The translations under genes were made by a program, and so were the position numbers. Shown piece by piece: positions 55,224 through 60,622 of a stretch of DNA of 60,622 nt (its first letter is position 1; each line of letters opens with the position of its first letter). Below the pieces are notes generated by a model. The model was not told the DNA's origin, did not search any database, and saw only the letters and a program-made list of their open reading frames with translations. Origin of the DNA: a virus (Duplodnaviria; Caudoviricetes); the IMG/VR virus record IMGVR_UViG_3300042301_003480, positions 1 to 60,622 of that record, one strand, 5' to 3'.

Positions 55224-58018
55224 TACTTGACCCCCATGATGCGGACGCCAAACAGAGCCACTTGGTCAGCCGCCTGCGTGCCTGCGACCTGCACGGCAAG
55301 ATGCTGATCTCCGCCGGCGCTCCGCTCGCTCTTGCGGCCAGAGTAGTGCGCCACTGCCGTGCCGGTCGCCTCGCCCAGAGCAGACCGCGTCCGCTTCAGA
55401 TTGATCGTCGCCGGCCCGCCAGCGGTCACCGTAAAGCCTGTGCCAGTGTTGGACTGAATGGCATTCTGCCGGGCGGTGTCGGAGTTGTTGAAGTGCAGCG
55501 ACACGTTCAGGTTGCTGTCCCCCGTGGTGGGCTTGTACTGCACGGCGATGCCCCGGTCGGGTTCGTCGGTGAGCGACATGTTGCCAGTGCGGAGCGAGTA
55601 GGAGACACCCGTCCCGCCGTCCTGCGTCCCGGACTCCTTGCGCCACGCGCCATCGCCCCCGCCGGAAGTCAGTCGCAACTGCCCGCTGATTGTCGGCACG
55701 GAAGTTGCCGTGACTGCCGTGGCGTACGACTCTTCCCACCAGGCTTGCGTGGCAGTGCAGTAGCAGAGTGCCCGCACGGGCTCGGAGTCGGTGGAGCGGC
55801 AGTAATAGAACCGCACCGTGCGAGTCAGGGGGTCGCAGGCAACGTGGAACTTGTCCGACTTGGAGAAGTCGATGATCCGGTCCCGCCAGTAGTTATCGAC
55901 GGCGACAGAGATGCTCTGCTCGGAGTTGCCGTCGAAGGCGTACAGGCCCACGGAGTCCACCAGAAAGGCCACCCCTGACAAGACACCCCAGCAGCGGCTG
56001 TTCAGTACGCCACGGTGCGCGGCCAGCAGGATGGAGGCATCCAGGACGGGCTGGGCCACGTACATCATCTGGTAGATGTGCGAGGTCTGGCAGACCAGCA
56101 GCATGGAGCCGAAGGGGACGAGGGCCACAATCCTGTCTGGGAGCCCTGTGTTTTCTTGCAGCACCAGCTCATTGGCCGCCGGCACGCTTTCTGGCTCGTC
56201 AATCTCGGAGTAGTACAGGCTGTTGGGGGCCTGGCCAGAGGTGTCCACGGCGTACCAAGTGCGGTCCTGGAACATGACGCCCACGGCAAACTTGCCCGAT
56301 GGCACTTCAAATCGCCGGGCGTTGATCTGCCCGCTGGGAAGCGTGACCGGCATGAGGCCGTAGCCTTCCCGCTTGGGGTCGGTCAGGTCGGGGTCGCTCA
56401 GTGTGTCGGTGTAGGTGGTGGCCCAGTTGGGGTCGGTCTTCTGGATGGTGGCCACGCGGAACAGCACAACCGCCTGGTCGCCCGATGTCCTCCACAGCTC
56501 CATCGCCGTGACGCGGTCGTCCACGTAGGGGTGCGCAAACGTCCACAGCACCTGCCCGGATCCCGTCCCTGCCTCTAGTTCGACCAGATGGGAGATAGAG
56601 GAGGCAAGCGGCCCGCCCACCTCGGGGTCAGTGTTGTCGATGTAGCGGATGGCACACAGGTACTTCCCCCGCATGGGCTCGGCAACGCTAGCCTGTGCGC
56701 GGGCGTGCGTGTCGGCAATCAACGCGGTGGGCGGGGCCGTGTACTGACCTCCCCGGGCCACGGTCACGGATGCGATCTCGCCGGCCGTGTTGACCGTAGC
56801 CTCTAGCTCTGCACCGCCTCCGAAGGGATCGGTGGCGGCAGGCCGGACGGTGATGAACGGGGCAGTGAAGAACCCGCTGCCCGCGCTGGTCGCAGACACG
56901 GACACCACGGAGTACGTGACATCGCCGGCGGCCGCAGCGCCGGACCCCGTCCCCGCGCCGATGGTGAAGGTCGGCGTGGTGGTGGCACCAGAGCCGGGGT
57001 TGAGTACCTGGATGCTATCGACCAGCCCGTCGCCGTTGACCACCACGGAGCCGACGAAGCCCGTTAGGCCATTGCTGGTGTTCACGGCAATGGTCGGGGC
57101 CTGGGTTCCGGACTGCACGTACCCAGAGCCCCGGTTGGTAATCCGGAGGCCAGAAATGACCCCATTGACCCCCACGCCGAACGCAGCCCCAGAGCCCAGC
57201 CCGCCTGAAAACGACACGGTCGGGTTGGACTGGTAGCCAGAGCCAGGATCGGACACCCGCACGCCCACCACGGAGCCGTTGACGATCAGGGCCTGGGCCG
57301 TGGCCGGGCGGGTGGGCGTGCCGCCAGAGATCGTCACCGTGGGCACAGAGGAATAGCCCCGCCCACCGTCTACCATCTGGATGGACGACACTCGCTTGCC
57401 GGCGGAGGTGGAGCCCGCCGTGACCACGGGAGCCCGGGCGGGCTTGTGCAGACCAATGGGCTGAACCGACGCTGCCCCACCTGGCCAGCGGATGCCCCGG
57501 CCCATGCCGTCCACGCCGTAGACCGTGCCAAACCGCCCTTTGAAGAAGCTCATGGGACGCAGGACGCCCGTGTGGGCGTATGCCACCGCTGACGCCCCGG
57601 AACCCAGGTGCATAAGGGTCGCCGCGCCGGTCGTTGCCGTGGTGGCGGCGGTGAGTTGCGTGGTGTTGAAAAACACCGCATTGGCCGTCACGCCACCGCT
57701 GATGAGCTTGGGCCAAGACAGGTCTGTGACTGCCGACGCCAGCGTCACCGTCACAGAGGCGGTGCCTGCCGTGATGGAGGAAATCGTCACCCCGGCAGAC
57801 GGGACGGTAAACGACACAGTCGGGCTGGCCGTGTGCCCAGTTCCGCCGTTGGCAATGATCACAGAGTCCAGCCGCGTGCCAGCCATCACGGCCACGGCAG
57901 AAACGCCCGTCCCGCCAGCACCGCTCACCACCACCCCGGGGGCGGAGGTGTAGTCCTTGCCCCCGGTGACGATACGGATCGACGCCAGTTGCCCCGTGGT
58001 ACGGTTGCCGATCAGCAT
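55223..58018 (-). CDS. Tail nozzle/stabilisation-like protein with Gly-rich beta repeats, 931 aa
   Basis: Repeated G.GY...P.V..SGG units; C-half LYYSE..EPES, HRG..NSR, G.YAFDG fit a P22 gp10/T7 gp12-like propeller. Confidence 0.65.
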   Translation of the reverse strand: MLIGNRTTGQLASIRIVTGGKDYTSAPGVVVSGAGGTGVSAVAVMAGTRLDSVIIANGGTGHTASPTVSFTVPSAGVTISSITAGTASVTVTLASAVTDLSWPKLISGGVTANAVFFNTTQLTAATTATTGAATLMHLGSGASAVAYAHTGVLRPMSFFKGRFGTVYGVDGMGRGIRWPGGAASVQPIGLHKPARAPVVTAGSTSAGKRVSSIQMVDGGRGYSSVPTVTISGGTPTRPATAQALIVNGSVVGVRVSDPGSGYQSNPTVSFSGGLGSGAAFGVGVNGVISGLRITNRGSGYVQSGTQAPTIAVNTSNGLTGFVGSVVVNGDGLVDSIQVLNPGSGATTTPTFTIGAGTGSGAAAAGDVTYSVVSVSATSAGSGFFTAPFITVRPAATDPFGGGAELEATVNTAGEIASVTVARGGQYTAPPTALIADTHARAQASVAEPMRGKYLCAIRYIDNTDPEVGGPLASSISHLVELEAGTGSGQVLWTFAHPYVDDRVTAMELWRTSGDQAVVLFRVATIQKTDPNWATTYTDTLSDPDLTDPKREGYGLMPVTLPSGQINARRFEVPSGKFAVGVMFQDRTWYAVDTSGQAPNSLYYSEIDEPESVPAANELVLQENTGLPDRIVALVPFGSMLLVCQTSHIYQMMYVAQPVLDASILLAAHRGVLNSRCWGVLSGVAFLVDSVGLYAFDGNSEQSISVAVDNYWRDRIIDFSKSDKFHVACDPLTRTVRFYYCRSTDSEPVRALCYCTATQAWWEESYATAVTATSVPTISGQLRLTSGGGDGAWRKESGTQDGGTGVSYSLRTGNMSLTDEPDRGIAVQYKPTTGDSNLNVSLHFNNSDTARQNAIQSNTGTGFTVTAGGPATINLKRTRSALGEATGTAVAHYSGRKSERSAGGDQHLAVQVAGTQAADQVALFGVRIMGVK

Positions 58019-58281
58019 CAGGATGGCCCCTTACCGACACGGATGGCACCCGCAGCGTCCTGGTAGACCAGGCCGTTTTCGTCGGGGTATCGCATCGCAG
58101 ACCGGATGGCCGTTGTGCCTGCGGTGATGGAGGTAAACGACACGGCATTCAGTCCCGGCCTGCCGGTAAGCTGGCCGGGAGACAGCACCTGGAGGTTGAC
58201 CTGCGTCACCGCCGCCCCGGGAGGCAGGGTGTACGGCGAGGCATTAGTCACCAGGCCAACCCACTTGTCGATGACGATCAT
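58018..58281 (-). CDS. Small protein resembling the N-terminus of nozzle proteins
   Basis: W.GL.T.ASP..LPPGA.....N......GQL..RPG. Confidence 0.55.
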   Translation of the reverse strand: MIVIDKWVGLVTNASPYTLPPGAAVTQVNLQVLSPGQLTGRPGLNAVSFTSITAGTTAIRSAMRYPDENGLVYQDAAGAIRVGKGPS

Positions 58282-59414
58282 CCAACATCCGCCTGTAAGG
58301 GGCTACGCCAGCCGCCGTCATGCCACACATTCCGCGAGCGGCCAGAAAGCGGCGCAAGCTGGTCCTGCTCCATGGCGAGGCGGAGATCACGCTGGTACAT
58401 GGAAAACGCCTTGTCCTCTCCCGTGCCCCGGATCCGCGCCAGCCAGTAGTCGCAGGCAGAATCCATGGCTCCAGCCATATGCGAGGCGACATCGATGGGG
58501 TCGGTGATGAGGTACTTGGTGGGCGTCAGCAGCTCCAGCGAACCCTGAGTGGTCAGCTCTTCGTTGTCGTTAACGGACAGGATGAGCATCTCGGCCGTAT
58601 ACGGGGTGAGCGACTCTATCGGCCCCGGGTGGTTTGATGCGTCACCGATTCGCAAAATGGAGCCCGCCATGCTGGCTTGGAAGTTGGTGCCGGCGCCGTT
58701 AACATCCAGCACGGGGGCGACGTACTGCGAGGTGATGGTACCCGCCCGGGCGTTCGTTTCATGCCCGCTCCAGCGAATCGGCCGTGCCGTCCGGCGGTAG
58801 GTAAAGTCCAGGGTCTGGGTGCCGGTTGGATACCCAATGACCTTGATTGCCCAGCCGGTGGAGTCTGGATCTTTGACGACCGTCCAGTGGTAGGGCTCAC
58901 CAGAGGAGTTTGACACCCGCTCCAGCTTCATGGCCTGGTCGGGCGTCACATACAGACCGCTCCACCAGTTGTATTCGTCGGAGGGCTCGTCCAGGTTTCG
59001 GAAGTCACTGGGCAGGGGGTAGACCGTGCGGTACAGGATGTACGGAGAGGCGGTGACATTAGCCTTTAGCGACAGGGCGGAGTCCAAGACGATGACGCTG
59101 TTGGACGTTCTGGTGGCCACCCGGCAGATTTCCTCGCCCACCTTCAGGTAGGCGCCAGTGGCCGCCCAGGAGGGCCAGGTGCCACCCGTGAGCGTTACGG
59201 TGACGCCGCTGGAGGTGACGCTCCCAGTGTCGTACGGGGCCTGAAGAATGACCCGTCCGTGAACGTGGTAGTACGCCCAGTCGCGGATGGTCGTCAGCTC
59301 GTCGTACGCCCGGTGGATGGCCGTGCGAATGTCCCGCTGCTCGGCGTCCTGGGGACCGCCGTAGGAGGAGACGATCAGCGATTCGACAAGATCGAAATAC
59401 GTGGTGTATGCCAT
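58278..59414 (-). CDS. Head-tail adaptor-like protein, 378 aa
   Basis: AI.RAY.EL....DW.Y, YPLPSDF, GEP..W, with inserted beta domains. Confidence 0.6.
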   Translation of the reverse strand: MAYTTYFDLVESLIVSSYGGPQDAEQRDIRTAIHRAYDELTTIRDWAYYHVHGRVILQAPYDTGSVTSSGVTVTLTGGTWPSWAATGAYLKVGEEICRVATRTSNSVIVLDSALSLKANVTASPYILYRTVYPLPSDFRNLDEPSDEYNWWSGLYVTPDQAMKLERVSNSSGEPYHWTVVKDPDSTGWAIKVIGYPTGTQTLDFTYRRTARPIRWSGHETNARAGTITSQYVAPVLDVNGAGTNFQASMAGSILRIGDASNHPGPIESLTPYTAEMLILSVNDNEELTTQGSLELLTPTKYLITDPIDVASHMAGAMDSACDYWLARIRGTGEDKAFSMYQRDLRLAMEQDQLAPLSGRSRNVWHDGGWRSPLQADVG

Positions 59415-59433
59415 GGCTCTAGGGACTAATGCC

Positions 59434-59532
59434 CTAGAACGCGGACCTGAGAAACACCAAGGCCCCGGCCAGGGCCAAGGCCAGAAGACCGGCAGACAGG
59501 GCCATACTGAGGAGAAAAAGCCGCAGTTTCAT
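59434..59532 (-). CDS. 32-aa hydrophobic peptide
   Basis: ATGA overlap; one TM segment. Confidence 0.45.
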   Translation of the reverse strand: MKLRLFLLSMALSAGLLALALAGALVFLRSAF

Positions 59533-59738
59533 GCTTCCAGCATCTCCCCGTCTATCATCCCCCGTATCTCCTCTGCCAGCCGTGCCGTCTCGTCGCTCGG
59601 CTCGCCATGCTTGAGCAGCGACCTGCACCGCTCGTCGATCTCCCACAGGGTGGTCAACGCCTTGTGGCCCAGCCGGGCAGCGTCGTAGTCGCCCTGCTCA
59701 TCGGGGAGCGTGAATCGGAGTGTCGCTACGGGAGACAT
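59529..59738 (-). CDS. Hypothetical protein (ATLRFTLPDEQ...)
   Basis: Protein conserved with the allele at 2-97. Confidence 0.75.
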   Translation of the reverse strand: MSPVATLRFTLPDEQGDYDAARLGHKALTTLWEIDERCRSLLKHGEPSDETARLAEEIRGMIDGEMLEA

Positions 59739-59790
59739 GTCAGATGTGATGTGTTGCGGAAACGGATTGCGGGCGACAACACGCAAACTG

Positions 59791-60009
59791 TCACTTTTCG
59801 CCACTATCTGTGCAGGCCGTGAACGTACACGCCAACTCCTGCATCGCCAGCGACTCCGGGTAGCCCTGGCGAATCAGCCACTCGGTCATATCGCCATCCG
59901 TCGCGGGATCGTACAGGCGCGGGAACCCGTACCTGTGACCGCCAGCCGGATCGACCCAGTACGGGCGTGAAAGCCACGCGGGCGGGATTGGTGTGGCAGT
60001 ATCGCCCAT
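59791..60009 (-). CDS. Hypothetical protein (WVDP..G.RYGFP...WL...GYP)
   Basis: GAGG RBS; absent from the alternative allele. Confidence 0.7.
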   Translation of the reverse strand: MGDTATPIPPAWLSRPYWVDPAGGHRYGFPRLYDPATDGDMTEWLIRQGYPESLAMQELACTFTACTDSGEK

Positions 60010-60124
60010 GTCTCAAGCCTCTTTATCTAACGCCGCAATAGCACCGGGCGACCGACATTTTCCCCGTGCGTCGGGCGGTGGCGGTGCGCGTTATCACGTT
60101 TGAGTCCGGGTTTATCGGGAGCCG

Positions 60125-60142
60125 CAGAAACACTGGTTCTCA
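60125..60142 (+). repeat. 18-bp CAGAAACACTGGTTCTCA, copy 3 of 3
   Basis: Identical to 201-218 and 762-779. Confidence 0.85.
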
Positions 60143-60472
60143 CTTCGTCCGCTCCAACAGCGAACTGAGTACTGCGGAGTCTACGCCGGCAGCCCGATAC
60201 ATCGCGCGAAATATCGCCTGCCGTTCCTCGTCGGTGAGCGTGGGCTTTGTGCCGCCGCCATCCACCCCGCGAGCCGTCGCATGGCCGGGCCGCAACCCAA
60301 GGGCATCGCGGAGCGTGGCCCACATGGCGTCGGCCTTGTCTCTCGGCACATCGGCCGACACCCAGCGGCCAACCTCGTAAAGGGCAAGGGCTGCAGCGCG
60401 AACCGCGTCCCCGTGAGAACCAGCGGATGCAAGAGACGGCTCGGCTTTGTCTTGCGTGTTGTCGTTGTCCAT
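60140..60472 (-). CDS. Hypothetical cassette protein (GSHG N-terminus; LTDEERQAI...LLERTK)
   Basis: AGGAG and ATG inside attC 60414-60503; stop in GTTCTCA 60136-60142. Confidence 0.75.
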   Translation of the reverse strand: MDNDNTQDKAEPSLASAGSHGDAVRAAALALYEVGRWVSADVPRDKADAMWATLRDALGLRPGHATARGVDGGGTKPTLTDEERQAIFRAMYRAAGVDSAVLSSLLERTK

Positions 60473-60503
60473 ATCTCGCCGCTCCTGATCCTTCACGTTC
60501 TCA
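60414..60503 (+). other. attC-like integron recombination site (90 bp)
   Basis: TGAGAAC-CAGCG-GAT[G]CAAGAG[A]CGGC ... GCCGCTCCTGATC-CTTCAC-GTTCTCA; same geometry as 427-515; the one stem mismatch is G:T on the bottom strand. Confidence 0.8.
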
Positions 60504-60622
60504 CTTTGTCCGTTCCAAGAGACGCTCCAGCACCTCGTCGGCAGCACTATGGAGCCGACTCATCTTGTAATCCTCAAACACAGAGCGAGCAAGTCCGATG
60601 GCCGTCCGCTCCTCGTCGGTGA
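60496..60622 (+). repeat. 127-bp exact repeat of 508-634
   Basis: Base-for-base identity. Confidence 0.95.

Larger units (their letters stand above)
1..60622. mobile_element. Near-complete tailed dsDNA phage genome (podovirus-like, probably temperate)
   Basis: TerL, portal, scaffold, MCP, nozzle-like genes, integrase and recombination genes; no host housekeeping genes; the end overlaps the start region. Confidence 0.95.

Noticed and set aside
58239-58248. Plus-strand AGGCATTAGT near-match to the late motif
   Set aside because: It is antisense inside a coding region and has a mismatch; probably chance.
60496-60622. Biological direct terminal repeat
   Set aside because: It is exactly 127 bp, matches an internal position (508) rather than base 1, and ends mid-gene; a de Bruijn node explains it better.

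Overview
The window is an essentially complete, high-GC tailed-phage genome of about 60 kb. It looks podovirus-like: portal, TerL, scaffold, major capsid, adaptor and nozzle, and a long block of ejection-type proteins, with no recognisable tape measure or sheath gene. It is probably temperate (tyrosine integrase beside a tRNA 5' fragment), and a Planctomycetota host is inferred but not shown. Bases 60496-60622 exactly repeat 508-634 (127 bp, a typical assembler k-mer). The genome therefore closes as a circle, and bases 1-507 are an alternative allele of about 59636-60495. Modules: leftward head and packaging genes (21.8 kb to 2.7 kb); a divergent control region (about 21.9-23.2 kb); a rightward early operon of small genes with a Gp88-like protein, a C5 methyltransferase and a serine recombinase (23.2-31.4 kb); a leftward block with sigma factor, two proteases, nucleases, helicase, SSB, ERF and exonuclease (31.2-43.9 kb); the integrase; and leftward tail and ejection genes (44.8-59.4 kb). 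The most striking feature is an integron-like gene-cassette array across the circular junction. It has two full attC-type hairpins (427-515, 60414-60503) with canonical box spacing and extrahelical bases, one collapsed attC, and three identical attI-like 18-mers. The cassette genes are inverted relative to normal integrons: each stop codon lies in the R' box, and the RBS and start codon lie inside the attC. The two assembled alleles diverge exactly at the GTT crossover core. No IntI is encoded. Other highlights are a recurrent GGVCAHTAGT promoter-like motif, a promoter plus tRNA 5'-end attP candidate, a direct-repeat-flanked 2OG-Fe(II) oxygenase module, and a protease pair where an endolysin is expected. 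All calls come from motif recognition by eye; no database searches were run.
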